A stretch of 64,000 nucleotides of DNA, taken from the NCBI GenBank assembly GCA_012295275.1, contig CM022671.1, positions 15,748,001 through 15,812,000 on the forward strand, in the 5' to 3' direction. A program made the position numbers and the translations under genes. Below the pieces are notes generated by a model. The model was given only the letters and a program-made list of their open reading frames with translations, was not told the origin of the DNA and did not search any database. This document shows, one piece after another, positions 1 through 13,326 of the stretch; the stretch's first letter is position 1; each line of letters begins with the position of its first letter. The stretch comes from Chrysomallon squamiferum. Its lineage: Eukaryota > Animalia > Mollusca.

Positions 1-252
1 GAAGGATTATAACAGCTCATACATGTAAATACTAATTTGATCGAATGCAAATGAAAATTCGTCGCTCGTTGCATTACTTCTGATAGGAAAGGAACACGAA
101 CCATCTGGCATGTCCTGGATCCACTACTAAGCTAGGCATTACATAAATTACAAACTCTAAAAACAAAAGATTTATAATTACTTGGATTTTTAACCTCTCA
201 TTTTCATTTATTCTAAACAGTAAACTAATTAACTAAATATCCTTGGTGCTGG

Positions 253-253
<1 letters not shown>

Positions 254-305
<52 letters not shown>
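254..305. repeat. (AC)n microsatellite
   Basis: Direct reading. Confidence 0.95.
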
Positions 306-310
<5 letters not shown>

Positions 311-791
311 TCCAAATAAATATTTTCGGTTTTCAACCAGAACAGAACGTAACTGATACCAGTGACCTACTAGTCAGTTGCAAGCTCATTTGCAACGCTT
401 TGATCGGCAGCATTAACATCTGTGTGGCTACATCGTTAGAAAATAAAATTTTGAGAAGATTAACTTCTCTAATACGCAGGAAATGAAGTGAACGAGTTTG
501 TAGCTTTTTCTTATTTACATCGCCATATTTAATCTACGAAAGATGGCGGCAGAAACTACATCAGTTTTTTCATTACGAGGCAATCAGGAACGTGAGAGCC
601 GCGGTTTGATGGCGTGGATTAAACTGATCCAAGTCTAAAACGTAAATAATCATAGCTATGGACCGGCTGTTTTTACTACATACATTTCTGACTGTAATAT
701 GTTGCTGTATTTAAAACTAGCTTCTGTCATCGTTATTACCATCATCAACAATATCATCATCATCATTATCATTATTAATTTCTATATGTAA

Positions 792-1081
792 GAGACGAAC
801 GTAATTCTAGATGACAGTCCATCATGGTGATCATAGGAATAACCTTGTTATTGAATTATTTCACGTTCCATCCAGTGCTCCAAAATCGGCCAATAAACGC
901 AGTGGGTATATACAGTCTTTTCTGTATAATAGTGCATACAAAAGATTCTTTGATACTAATTTCAGCGGTTTCCTTCGGCGGTTATCTGAGCGGTCCCTAA
1001 CCTGAATTTTCGACGCCATAAAATCATCACAATTATAACCATAAATTAAATGTGCCGAGATCTTCTGTATTTCGTTCATTC
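792..1081 (+). mobile_element. Decayed tRNA-derived SINE (Meta-domain/mollusc SINE-like)
   Basis: Ordered blocks GTTCCATCCAGTGCTCC, GTGCATACAAAAGATTCTTTG, CAGCGGTTTCCT, TATCTGAGCGGTCCCTAACC, GACGCCAT and TAAATTAAATGTG match my recollection of a gastropod SINE consensus and match reverse-strand copies in this window. Confidence 0.65.
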
Positions 1082-1419
1082 TGTTTATATTTCATGCATG
1101 AGCAATTTGTTTCTCTTATTTTTTTTGTTATTTTTAATTTTAATTTTTACTCTATTTTTATTTTTATTTTTTTTTATTATTATTTATTTTGCTCGTTTGT
1201 TTTGTGAGATAGAAGTACTACTGAACTAATGTGTATTACAGCCAGTTACTGCTGAACTACTACCGAAACATTCGTTTTAACCGTTATTACTGTTTCCACT
1301 GTATTCGTTAATAATAATAATAATAATAATCATGATCATGATCATGATGCTGACAAACAAAAATAGGATAATAACAACAATAAAACAGTTATGATAAAAG
1401 ACACAATAATAATGATAAG

Positions 1420-1596
1420 TTCGCATGGTCAAATAGCTAACATTAACGCACAAAGAAAGGAGATTTCTCTTGCTCCACAGATCAGAATATTGATGTACAC
1501 AGAGAGCGAGCTCAAGGCTACAGATTACTGAATTTGATAAGAACGATTATCGGCATGTTAAAATTCCTGAATAACGTCACACTGATGTAGTCTCAT
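1420..1596 (+). repeat. Dispersed repeat, copy 1 (direct repeat of 5737-5902)
   Basis: Shared blocks CACAAAGAAAGGAGATTTCTC, GAGAGCGAGCTCAAGG, TACAGATTACTGA and GCATGTTAAAATTCCTGAATAACGTCACACTGA. Confidence 0.9.
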
Positions 1597-1985
1597 ATCA
1601 GATATTTATTCACAATATTCATTCATGTAGTGTTCAGAGTAAGCAGGGATATTCCTTTTCAAATATGCGAATAAAATAATCTAAGATATAATAATAATAA
1701 TGTTAAGTACTCAAAAGTGATATTCTCTATGCGAAATGAAAGGTTAACAACACCAGGGAACTCGAAATATTAATAATAATAAATTAAATGTTCCGAGTTT
1801 TTTCTTCTGTATTTCGTTCACGACAGCAACGAAATTTTTCATAAAACTAATATTTCAAAATCATAAAATATTTCAGTGCATTCAAATAAACTAACTGAAA
1901 AGAAGAATAATAAGAAGAATGTAAACTGAAGAACAATTTAAAAAGTAAAGCGCAAATATCAAAATAGAGGGGAGAAAAAATGATG

Positions 1986-2042
<57 letters not shown>

Positions 2043-2362
2043 TGTTGTCTGGTTAGTTCCGACTATGGCCAAACGTAACTGGAACCCCAAAATCGTGAAC
2101 AGCGCAAAATATTTTATGCGATAGACAAATATTTTGATATATATTTTTTAAAAAGCCAAGAAATAATAATGGAAAAAACCTCATGCATGATAACAAATAA
2201 TCTATATTTATTTTCACTCTTGGTATTTCACCACAGAAGTCATTATTTTAATACAACATCAATCATATTTTAATTAAATTTGTTTCATTACATTTGACAT
2301 TTTACAGTTTAATTGAATTTCTTTTTTTTTTTTTTTTCGGTTTATAAACAATGCTAAAACTA

Positions 2363-2417
<55 letters not shown>

Positions 2418-3459
2418 TGACAAAAGCTTTCTCTGCTCTGCAGTGGGGGGTCGCCCGGTTTGTGTGACACGTTTCTGCTTTCCTTGAAGAGGGTTCCCTC
2501 ATTAACATTTCTCTTTCATCGTTATTTTTAAATATTTTCAGAAAAAACAAGCATCGGGACAAACATTCAACTTCGTCTTTAGCCAGGATAGCAGGCATCG
2601 CAGTATTCGACATGTTTATTACGAGTCTATTATAATAAATGTAATTACAGTTTTGTTTAAATTTTTATTATACAGTAAGACAGTCCAATGATGGCCCCGC
2701 GGGAAGCAAAAGAAAAAAAAAAGTATAAATTATAAATATGCATACAGATTAAAATTTCAAAATATCACCATTACGGCGGCTAGCAAATGTTTTTGATTTC
2801 GCAGTTTAGGGATACGAGATCCTTAATTTCTAATAATGACGATGACGATGACGATAAAATGACGATGATTATGATTGCAACAGTATTTTTTTCATGGTAT
2901 TCATTTCTTTTTTCAATCTTTGAGTCATCATTGATGCTCGTGTTTCTAAGCTCGTTGAAAGGGTAAGCTTTATTTTAATTTCACATTATAATTAATTAAT
3001 AGTGATAAACGTTCTCCATGAAACTACGATCAAAACTAAATATAAATTCCACAATTTTGATGAAAAAAAAATGAAAAAAAAAGATCATTAATTTAAAATA
3101 TTAAAGTGAAATAAATGTAAATAGTACAATATTATACTACTAGTAGTAGAAATAGGAATAATAGCAATAATAATTATAATGATAGATACATTTATTACAT
3201 ATTAGGAATATAAATACATTGAAAGTATCTGATGGTTTACAGAACATGAGTTTACAGTTGGCCAGTTGATTTTTAGTGAAATTTTTCTACAGCTAACTGA
3301 ATTTATCTCCTGTATTAACCCTCAGTATTCCAGTGTTCTAGTACAAATGTCTTATTTGCACCATGTACGCACATTTACTCTACATTGGTATTTCTGTGCT
3401 TTCAAATTGATTTGAAGTCGCTAGTTCTAGGTTAAAGAGTAGAAGGAACCTAATTGTTT

Positions 3460-4035
3460 TCGCCATGCAACCGAATGATGGCGAAGGTATAAGCGGCTGT
3501 CGTAGTCGCTTGACTGGGTTTCTGCTGACGCCATTATGTGACTATTTCGCCGGTATTCCTCCTATCCACGATTTCTTATCAGACTTTATCCAATATTTTT
3601 TTTTTTTTTTTTTTTTTGCTCGGCGACGTTTTCCGATTGACGCTATTCCGTCCGACGTCTGTCCTCGTCAGAGTGTTTTGCGAAGAAGAAGAAAAAGACG
3701 AAGAAGACGAAAACCTTGGACGTTGTGTTGACCCAACGTTTCGCTAGACTGCGGTACACGACGTCACCTCCAGCTGTAACTGACGACCTACACGTCTCCT
3801 TTAAAGCTGTTCTGTTCGACGATACTCAGACCGCCGACTTGTCGCTTGACGATTTATTGTTCCTTCGACTTGTCGCTTGACGATTTTGACAACTTGTCGC
3901 TCGTCGATATTTCTTGAACGATATTCCAGTCAACGATTTTGCCGACTGTTGACACAGTTTGTTGCGATTTCGTGGTTTCCCCAGTTATAGAGTCAAATCG
4001 CACCGACTTCCGGTTGAATGTGAAAGCTCTGGTTT
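3460..4035 (+). promoter_or_regulatory. CpG-rich segment; candidate promoter or non-coding first exon of the receptor
   Basis: Visibly GC- and CpG-richer than the flanks, 3.3 kb upstream of exon 1, with no credible ORF. No strong donor identified. Confidence 0.3.
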
Positions 4036-5315
4036 TGGTAGCTAATATTTTTATATTTCTAACTGACGTTGTTGTTTTGAATGTATAATGTCATCACAAC
4101 TACCGTAGAGCAGATATATTTCGAATTCTTTCAGATAATCCAGATCAGCTATCTGTTTTTATATAGTTATATTTATACTCAGTATGGTATTGTTCTATAA
4201 ACAATATACAGTAGTCAGATTTTTATTCCTTTACATTTAATTCAGAACACATTTTATTGACTGAAATAACATATTTAAAAAACCAAAAAAGAAGCTTTTT
4301 ATTGGACTTATACATTGGTTACTTTGTGGTCAATGTGAATGACTTTACATATTTATCTTTATATGTGTGTGTGTGTGTGTTATTTACACATTCCTGTAAT
4401 TTATATATTTACTAATGCAGATATATTGTGTTAATGTAATTTAATAGTGGAATATTACTTGCATATGTACATAGATAGTAAAATAAATATAAATAACAAA
4501 TAATTTTTAAAAAAAACACACAATATAATGTCTTTTCACATTTTACCATGAAATTCAGGCATTATAGAATTTGATGTGCAGTATTATAGTAACCATCGGA
4601 AAGTAAATATAAAACGAATTTAAAAATTAAAAATTCAAAGAAACAGGATGATTTATAACGATATAAAATCAGGAAATCAGTTAGGATAGTGCAAATGTAA
4701 TGACACATTTCAAATATTCATTTCTTTGTCAGAGGGAACACTGAGTGTTTGAAATGTTTCATTAGATTTCCATGATGTTCTGAATAGATTTTTTGTGATA
4801 TCGTTTTTGTTAGATATGATTTCGTCAGTGGTTCTTTTTGTTAGTGCATTATTTATTTAATTTCCTATATTCAGCAATATAGTAGCTCATTTGTACATCC
4901 ACATAGTTTTTTTTTTCATTTTTAAAAAATAAATGTAAATATCTCCACATGGTTCGTGTTGATTCAAATTAATTTTTTGTAAATAACCGATCAAAATACA
5001 TTAATGTTATGATTCTAGAAAGGATATATTGAAATATTTTTTATTATTATTATTATTATTTTTATATAAATATTTAAAGAAAGTAAAATAAAATGTGTGT
5101 CATATGATTATTTATTTTCTAAAGCCTCACTACAGGTTTATCAAGAGACGGGATATGCACTTTCTTCACTGTGTATAAAATATTTCTTGCGTCCAATAAA
5201 AAAAAAGAGTGAGCAAATACTTTTATTTAAAAACTGATAAAAAGGAAGATAAAATTTCACGTTTTTAAGTATCTAACTTTGAAAAGAATTAATAAAATAC
5301 ATGAAGATTAATCAT

Positions 5316-5552
5316 GTTAGTATGTTAGAAAATAAAAATATTAGTATGTTAGAGAATGAAATATTAGTATGTTAGAGAATAAAAGTGTTAGTATGTCAGA
5401 GAATAAAACGTGTTAGTATGTTAGAGAATTAAATGTGCTAGTATGTTACAGAATAAAAGTGTTAGTATGTTAAAGAATAAAAGTGTTAGTATGTTAAAGA
5501 ATGAAACGTGTTAGTATGTCACAGAATAAAAGTGTTTGTATGTTAAAGAATA
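5316..5552. repeat. Minisatellite, about 24-bp unit, about 10 copies
   Basis: Unit GTTAGTATGTTAGAGAATAAAAGT with 23-25-bp spacing. Confidence 0.9.
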
Positions 5553-5610
5553 TTAGATTAATTTTCATATTTAATCTTTTTAAAATTTAATTTAATTTAA
5601 TTTAATTTAA

Positions 5611-5641
<31 letters not shown>

Positions 5642-5736
5642 TTTATTTAGGAGGAGGAGGAGTAGCAGTAATAGTAGTAATGGCTGTTGTAATAACAAAT
5701 AACAGAATTAATAATAATAATAATAATAATAATGTT

Positions 5737-5902
5737 TTCGCATGATCAAATTACTGAAATATTAACTCACAAAGAAAGGAGATTTCTCACAGCTCAGAAT
5801 AATGATGCTCACGGAGAGCGAGCTCAAGGTTACAGATTACTGATAAGAACGATAATCTGCATGTTAAAATTCCTGAATAACGTCACACTGACGTAGTCTC
5901 AT
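5737..5902 (+). repeat. Dispersed repeat, copy 2 (direct repeat of 1420-1596)
   Basis: Same blocks in the same order; both copies are preceded by AAT-type repeats. Confidence 0.9.
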
Positions 5903-7326
5903 CCACATGCAGCTTTCCAACAGCACATTTATTAATACAGCATGCTGTATAACTGATATCATTCGTAGACTGGTATTCTCAGGATAATAACGTATATAAC
6001 TGATTTTTCATACATAGGCCAAAAATGTATTTTGATGCACAAATATCTTTATTTTATATATTTACACTTTTTTTTTAAATTATCATTATTTAGCTTTAAA
6101 AGATTAAAATCAAGTTTTCCTCCATGTTCCTTTGATCGAGTGGGTGCACGTGTTTTGCGCGTCTGAGTGTGTAGATGTGTACAAAAGCATTTCTGTGCGA
6201 GTGCATAGTGTCAGTGTGTATGAAAGAGAAAACAAAGTTTACGTTCGTGTATGTAAGCGAGTGTGTATCTGCGCAAATGATCGTGATTTGTGCGTATGTT
6301 TCCGGTGTGTTTTTTTCCGGCTTTTTTTAAGAAGCTCATTTTACGAATTAATCATTGTTACTAACGACATACTAAATCTAGATGTATAATCACACCTAAC
6401 ACATTTGCAGATTCCTATTAAGCGCCAGCTTTACATTCACTATTAAAGACAAATACGAAAAACAAAAATTCAAGTAACTTTTCAAGTTTCCTCACCTATT
6501 ACATCAATTTAATATCTGAATATCCAATTCTTTTTATATTATTTTCAATACTATCAAAACAGTTACCTTTAAATACGTGCTCTTCTTTTTTTCTTTTTGG
6601 TTTATTGTTTTATTTCTGCTTTTCAACAATTTATACCAACCTTTCTTCAATCTAGTTATTTTTCATCATTCAACATCTTTGCATTTTTCGTTTTGTTACT
6701 GGAAGCAAATAATCGGTTTTACACCAAGGGTATATCGATCAATGGAGGAACCCTGTGTAAGAGATCGGTCCAATGAAAGCTGAAGAAACGCAGTGGTGAG
6801 AATACTGCAGAGCGAGACTGTGAGCACTACACATCAGAGGTTTCTACAAAATAATTATAGCTACTGGTGTTATTATTGCCTGTCTGTATTGGAAAATAAT
6901 AAACCTATGTGTTTCTAGAATATAGATGACGGGGATTTGATTTTTTTTTTTGTTTGTGTTTTTCGAGAGAAAAGCTCAGTGAGTTTGATCCTGAGTTTCT
7001 TCTCTGTGTTGGATCAGTGATTTCTGAGAATAATGTCTTAAATGGAAATACTCAAATTCGATATTATAAATTTTTGAAATTAATATTTTTTTTTTTTTTT
7101 TATTTTTTTTTTTTTTTTTATATTTTTATCGTATTGGTGCGAAATGTTTCGTTTGTCTTTTAATTTCACTCGTTTTTACAAGTGAGATACCAAATTAACG
7201 ACATGAAATGAATGCGACGGAGCGAAATACTTGTCAAAGTTAAATCATTATTTTTTTTTTAATCTGTTTATGAAACAGATAATATTTCTGTTGTTCTGTT
7301 GTGTGTTTTTTTTTTTACAATGACAG

Positions 7327-7384
7327 AGTTTAAAATCTTTTTACATGGATTTCACATAGACCTGGAAGTGAATTCGGAAATGTG
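7327..7384 (+). other. Probable 5' UTR part of the first coding exon, with two uORFs
   Basis: A T-tract followed by ACAATGACAG (AG at 7325-7326) suggests an acceptor. uORF ATG GAT TTC ACA TAG at 7345-7359 and start-stop ATG TGA at 7380-7385. Confidence 0.45.
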
Positions 7385-7645
7385 ATGACTGTGGCGGAGA
7401 AAGTTGTTTTTCTGGGTATGAAGCAGACGACAGAGAATATGTTAGATTACTCGTTTGACGAGTTCTGGCTGTGGAACGTTACCATGAACGTCAGCAACTC
7501 GTCGAATCTCGACGTCGCCCTCACTGCTGACGACCTGTGGCACATGATTCCTCTGGGAGTTATACTGTCACTTCTCTGCGTCCTCACCACCGTCGGCAAC
7601 GCCATGGTCCTGCATGCTGTGAGAACTGAGAAACGACTACAAACA
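7385..7645 (+). CDS. HRH1: Histamine H1 receptor-like GPCR, coding exon 1 (N-terminus, TM1, ICL1)
   Basis: First in-frame ATG is at 7385, after an in-frame TAA at 7331; alternative ATGs lie at 7418, 7439 and 7484. Encodes three N-glycosylation sequons (NVT, NVS, NSS), TM1 with the GN motif (LGVILSLLCVLTTVGNAMVLHAV) and ICL1 RTEKRLQT. Ends at donor ACA|GTGAGT (7646), phase 0. Confidence 0.9.
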
Positions 7646-8213
7646 GTGAGTACCATAAAAAAAAAAAAAACTAAAAAAAATGATAATTTTTTTTTTAAAG
7701 TTTTTAAAAATCTTTCTGTTTATTAAATACAGTAAATACCGAATCCATGCTATATATAAGTTATACATTGTCTACATATTATTTTAGTTCTTTTAATTCA
7801 TCTCTATATTTTTAACAGAGTGTTTTTCGTACTTAAAAAAAAAAAAAAATAACAATAATAAAACTCGTAGCAAGCTGTTACTCAAGGTGAAAGAGTAATC
7901 ACAGTTTGCGCTATCCTGTATCAACACTTCTGGACACGAACCAATATCCTATTCCTTTACAAGTAATCTAATATAAAATCATTATAAGTCAGCTTACGTT
8001 ACGTAACATTACGCTGGTGTTGAAATATCAATGACTTGAGAGCACATGGAGAAGAACCTCAAGGCTGCTTTTCTCTGTATATAACAACCAGATACCAGTG
8101 CAGTAATAAAACTTCTGTTTCCTGCTGAGAGAGAAGCACTACAACGTCTCCGGGTTTAGAAATGACATATGGGGTTATTTTTGTCATTCACACCTATTCG
8201 TACTTTCAAAGGT

Positions 8214-8258
<45 letters not shown>

Positions 8259-8294
8259 CATTATATACACAGACACTGACACTCATACACAGAC

Positions 8295-8341
<47 letters not shown>

Positions 8342-8494
8342 GGTATATTTATATGTATAATATATATGTATATGTATATAAAATGTTCAAAGACTACTTT
8401 TGATCATCTGGCATGTCAATGTTAACGGTTATTACGTTTTAGCAACGAGTGATGAATATATTTTTAACGTTAACGTTTACAGAGATTTAAGTCA

Positions 8495-8680
8495 CCCATT
8501 AAAAGCGAGGACTCTTTTGTGAACGCTTTCTTCTAGTATGAAAAGCACAAATCGTTAACGACCTTTGAAAACGCAGCCTTTGGGCACTGACCAGAACGGA
8601 AAAAGCCCAATGGGTTTACTGACTGGGATTGATCTTTCGACCCAAAGCGCCCCAGGCCTGTTCTCTAACCAATTTAGATG
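8495..8680 (-). mobile_element. Decayed SINE copy (head and central domain)
   Basis: The minus strand shows A-box-like TGGTTAGAG, B-box-like GATCAATCCC, then CCATTGGGCTTTTTCCGTTCTGGTCAGTGCCC, homologous to the copy at 792-1081. Confidence 0.6.
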
Positions 8681-8715
8681 CAGTCAACTGCAAGGTGAAC
8701 AATAAGTAACAAAAA

Positions 8716-8758
<43 letters not shown>

Positions 8759-8826
8759 AGCAAATAAATAAAGCAAATAAATAGATAATAAAGCAAATAG
8801 TTAAACAAAGTAAAAAAATATATGTA

Positions 8827-8891
<65 letters not shown>

Positions 8892-9150
8892 GTTTTACCT
8901 ATGGGTGAGCAAATGTCCAATTACAGTAAAGGCAAAAAAATCACAACCAGTATTCTTGTGACCTTTTACATTTTTATATCATATTATATATTCAATAATC
9001 TATTTTAATACAGGTTACAGCTCAGCTAATTCAATACATTTTCTCAGATGAATTCTTTTGATAAAATGTCTGTATCACTACTGAACATTATCTGTTTCTT
9101 TTAATGTGAATGTTCTAAAAGTGTTTTTTTTTTTTTTTTAATATATGAGA

Positions 9151-10100
9151 TTTTATGTGTGACTCTCAGTGCATGGTTTTATGTGTGACTCTCAGTGCAT
9201 GGTTTTATGTGTGACTCTAAAAGATTTCAGTGTGTTTTTATATTCAAGTTCTCATGTTTTGATATTCAAGTTCTCAATATGTTTTGATATACAAGTTCTC
9301 AATGTGTTTTGATATACAAGTTCTGAATATATTTTGATATACAAGTTCTCAATGTGTTTTGATATAGATGTTCTCAGTCTATTTTGATAGACAAGTTCTC
9401 GATGTGTTTTGATATACAAGTTCTCAATATATTTTGATATACAAGTTCTCAATGTGTTTTTATATATAAGTTCTCAATATATTTTGATATACAAGTTCTC
9501 AGTGTGTTTTGATGTACAAGTTCTCAATGTATTTTGATATAGATGTTCTCAGTCTATTTTGATACACAAGTTCTCAATGTCTTTTGATATGCAAGTTCTC
9601 AATGTATTTTGATATTCAAGTTCTCACTGTATTCTGATATACAAGTTCTCAGTGTGTTTTGATATATAAGTTCTCAATATATTTTGATATACAAGTTCTC
9701 AATGTGTTTTGATATACAAGTTCTCAATCTACTTTGATATACAAGTTCTCAATGTCTTATGATATGCAAGTTCTCAATGTATTTTGATATACAAGTTCTC
9801 AATATATTTTGATATACAAGTTCTTAATGTTTTATGATATGCAAGTTCTCAATGTATTTTGATATACAATTTCTCAGTGTGTTTTGATATAGATGTTCTC
9901 ACTGTGTTTTGATAGAGATGTTCTCAATGTGTTTTGATATATATGTTTTCAAGTTGTTTTGTGATATAAGTTGTCAGTGTGTTTTGATATACAACTTCTC
10001 GGTGAGTTTTGACATGTAAGTTGTCAATGTGTTTTTATATGTAAGTTGTCAATGTGTTTTGATACATAATTTTTCAACGAATTTTGATATATAAGTTCTC
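9151..10100. repeat. Minisatellite, 25-bp unit, about 35 copies, preceded by about three 26-bp units
   Basis: Unit GTTCTCAATGTGTTTTGATATACAA (CAAGTTCTC at 9267, 9292, 9317 and onward). TTTTATGTGTGAC at 9151, 9177 and 9203. Confidence 0.95.
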
Positions 10101-10959
10101 ACATATACCATATAAATATATATATATTCTCATTTTATTTAAACAGTATTTGAATATATGTTTTTTCAGTGTTTGAATAAATTACATTCGAAAATGACTT
10201 TTTATATTATTCAACACTTCGTTGTAGACAAATTTTTGTATGAACTTCAGCCAATGTTGAAAAAGAACCTATTAGAGCACGACAAATGCAGACAATGATT
10301 AATAGAACTTCAAATAATCCTTAAAAATACTTTTTTGCTCTTTCTCTCTCTTAAAAAGTCCCCGGATCTAGAAGTGAATAAAGGAAATTAAGACATGCAT
10401 CAAGACGGCATTCTCATGATGTGAGTTGACAAGTTCTGTTGCAATTGAATTGTCTGGAGAGGAAATAAAAATATAAATTTGACGAAAACTCATTAACTCG
10501 TAATACTGAAATAAAATCAAATACAGAAGTAAAACCAGTTTATAAATAATATCGAAATACAGACGTTTTCTTTCTTTTTATTTATTTATTTTAGGGGGGG
10601 GTTTTTGTTGTTTTTGTTTTTTTTTTTTTTTTGATTATTTGAGTTTTTATTTTGTTTGCTTTTTGTTTCTTTGTTTTTGTCTGATTTTTGTTGTTGTTTT
10701 TTTGTTTTTTTGGTTTTGGTTTTGGGGTTTTTTTTAAAAATAAAACTGGATGATTTTAAGAAATTTACTCTGTACAAAGATATGTCATAATTATACTAGA
10801 TTTTCAATAAGTTATATTATTTAAAAACTAAAATCTAATAAAAATAAACAATTTCAATCCAAAAGGGATAATTCGTTTATATATACAGATTTTAAACAAT
10901 AACATATTAATATTTAATAATTAAAATAATGTGAATTAAAATATATTAATATCTATACT

Positions 10960-11135
10960 TACAGATTTTAAACCTATTAAATATGAATGTTTATATTTTA
11001 CACATTTTAAATTAAAATTTATAAATGTTTATATTTGACGTATTTTAAATTAGAATATGTTAATATTTATCTTTTAAACATTTTAAATTAGAATATATAT
11101 ATTTTAATTTTTTATTCATTTTTAAATTAAAATAT
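10960..11135. repeat. Degenerate AT-rich tandem repeat, about 38-bp period
   Basis: TTTTAAATTA(A/G)AAT recurs near 11005, 11043, 11081 and 11119. Confidence 0.55.
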
Positions 11136-11305
11136 ACTTGTATTTTCTCTGATGCACAGAGAAGGAATGAACGTCACTGAGATGAAACATCAGTTTTAAT
11201 CGATCCATTTCGAAATTTATTGGCAGCTCAGGTCAGATTAATGTAGTTTCAACTGAAGAACAAAAATCTCAGACACACACACACACATAGACACAAAGAC
11301 ACACA

Positions 11306-11336
<31 letters not shown>

Positions 11337-11620
11337 TCAAATCCAGTATCTTTTTAAAAAGAAATAAAATAATGCTCATAGGAAGAAGATCAGCTTATAA
11401 AAGTGTAATAAATTTTCTGGTTTCTGATCATGGCGAAATACTGATCAATTTTTTTTTTGGTCTACACGATCTATACATATTACGTACATATTTATTGGGA
11501 AATGAATATCAATATTTCTGTGTGAGCGTACAACTAACTGATCAATGAATCCTCACAGTATTTAACACCAAGTACAGTGGGACAAAAATATTACATCATG
11601 AAACACACAGCGACATATAC

Positions 11621-11676
<56 letters not shown>

Positions 11677-12685
11677 TGTCTAGTAGTTCCTGCAATTAAT
11701 TTAATTAGTTTTAATTAGCTCTTGGCTGAGCTGGAAATATGTACGTTTGAAAGATTCCATGTCAAATAAATTTCTTCTAGAGTTACTCGGTTTAGCTATA
11801 TTTTGTTCCGTGATCTTAATGAAAATTTATATCGTTCTGAAACTGTCAAGGAAATTCATTTATATTGCTGAATCGTGCGCTCGTTGTTTCGTAATGAAAA
11901 CGCTGTGACAAATTTAGATGTCAGTAGAAACTTGAGCTTACAACACAGATTAAATATGTGTAACAAACATGGCCTGCGCATGGTTGTTTTTTTTTTTTTT
12001 TTTGCTCAAGGAAACTACTTCCAATTACTTTCATCCTATTGATACAACACCCCCTAAAAAAGTTTTACCATCGTCGATTTTTAAAAACATGTTTTGTAGA
12101 AATAACAAAAAAATAAAAATAAAAAGCACAAAATTTTAAACTGCTAAATGTATTTTAAAACGTAAGATTAAGCAGCATAAGATTCCAGCAGCACCAATAT
12201 TAAAAGACTCAATATCCATTAATCAACTAACACTGAGGTGGCCCTGTTAACATACCCCATGCGCAGGGGAAAATGGGATTTCACTTTAAAATGAATACAA
12301 AATGAAGAAACTGGTTCTTTTATGAGTGTGTGTGTGTGAACGGGAACAGTCTTTGATTTGAGCAATGTGTTTTAGATGTGCAAAATCTAAATTTTAAATA
12401 ACAGAACTGACCCTTAAAGGTCAGTAGCTGCCTGGCTGGACTAATGATAGTGCCGGTTCTGACAACAAAGTGGCCATTTAAACAGCGTCCATTATCTGAT
12501 TTGTCCAGCAAGATTTCATAGACTTGTTGCTTTACTAATATTTCAGATGGTATAAGCCATTCACAAAGTGCTGTTAGTAGTGTAGTAGTAGGAGGAGGAG
12601 GAGGAGGAGGAGCAGGAGGAGGAGGAGGGTAATAGCAGTTTATCTTTTTGTAAGGAGAAGTTACAGTTATGTTTTTATTGGTTTA

Positions 12686-12800
<115 letters not shown>

Positions 12801-12938
12801 GTTTATTCGCTTTCATTTGTTTCATATATGTGTGTATGTTAGTGTGTGTGAGAATGTGTGTGTGTGTGATTGTTAAAACTCCTTTATAAATAAATAAAAG
12901 AACACTAAGTTATCATCTTTCTTACATTTGCTCCATGC

Positions 12939-12962
12939 GTGTTAATTACGTGTTAACAAAGG

Positions 12963-12995
<33 letters not shown>

Positions 12996-13011
12996 AACAC
13001 GTAATTAACAC
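12939..13011. repeat. Perfect 22-bp inverted repeat around an (AT)n spacer
   Basis: GTGTTAATTACGTGTTAACAAA (12939-12960) and TTTGTTAACACGTAATTAACAC (12990-13011). Confidence 0.92.
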
Positions 13012-13012
13012 A

Positions 13013-13048
<36 letters not shown>

Positions 13049-13251
13049 TGTATGTATGTATCAGTTGATCACTTAGAAATATTTGTTCAGACTATAATAC
13101 GTATTATATTTATTGAAATTATTACAGAAATTAACACAAGTACGTTGTATAACAAATATCTGGGGACCTGTTGCTAAAGATACACAGAGATATAATAAAA
13201 ATAGTAATAACAATAATAATAACTTTAACAACAGCAACAACAAAAACAAAA

Positions 13252-13326
<75 letters not shown>

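Noticed and set aside
520-550. Inverted pair of YY1-like motifs (CGCCATAT and AAGATGGCGGC)
   Set aside because: Short motifs with no linked transcript evidence; not enough to call a promoter.
7646-7726. Lys-rich C-terminal extension of the 114-aa ORF
   Set aside because: Read-through into the intron past the GTGAGT donor; it translates poly-A and poly-T runs.
8620-8680. tRNA gene suggested by A- and B-box-like motifs
   Set aside because: No cloverleaf can be folded; better explained as a decayed SINE head.
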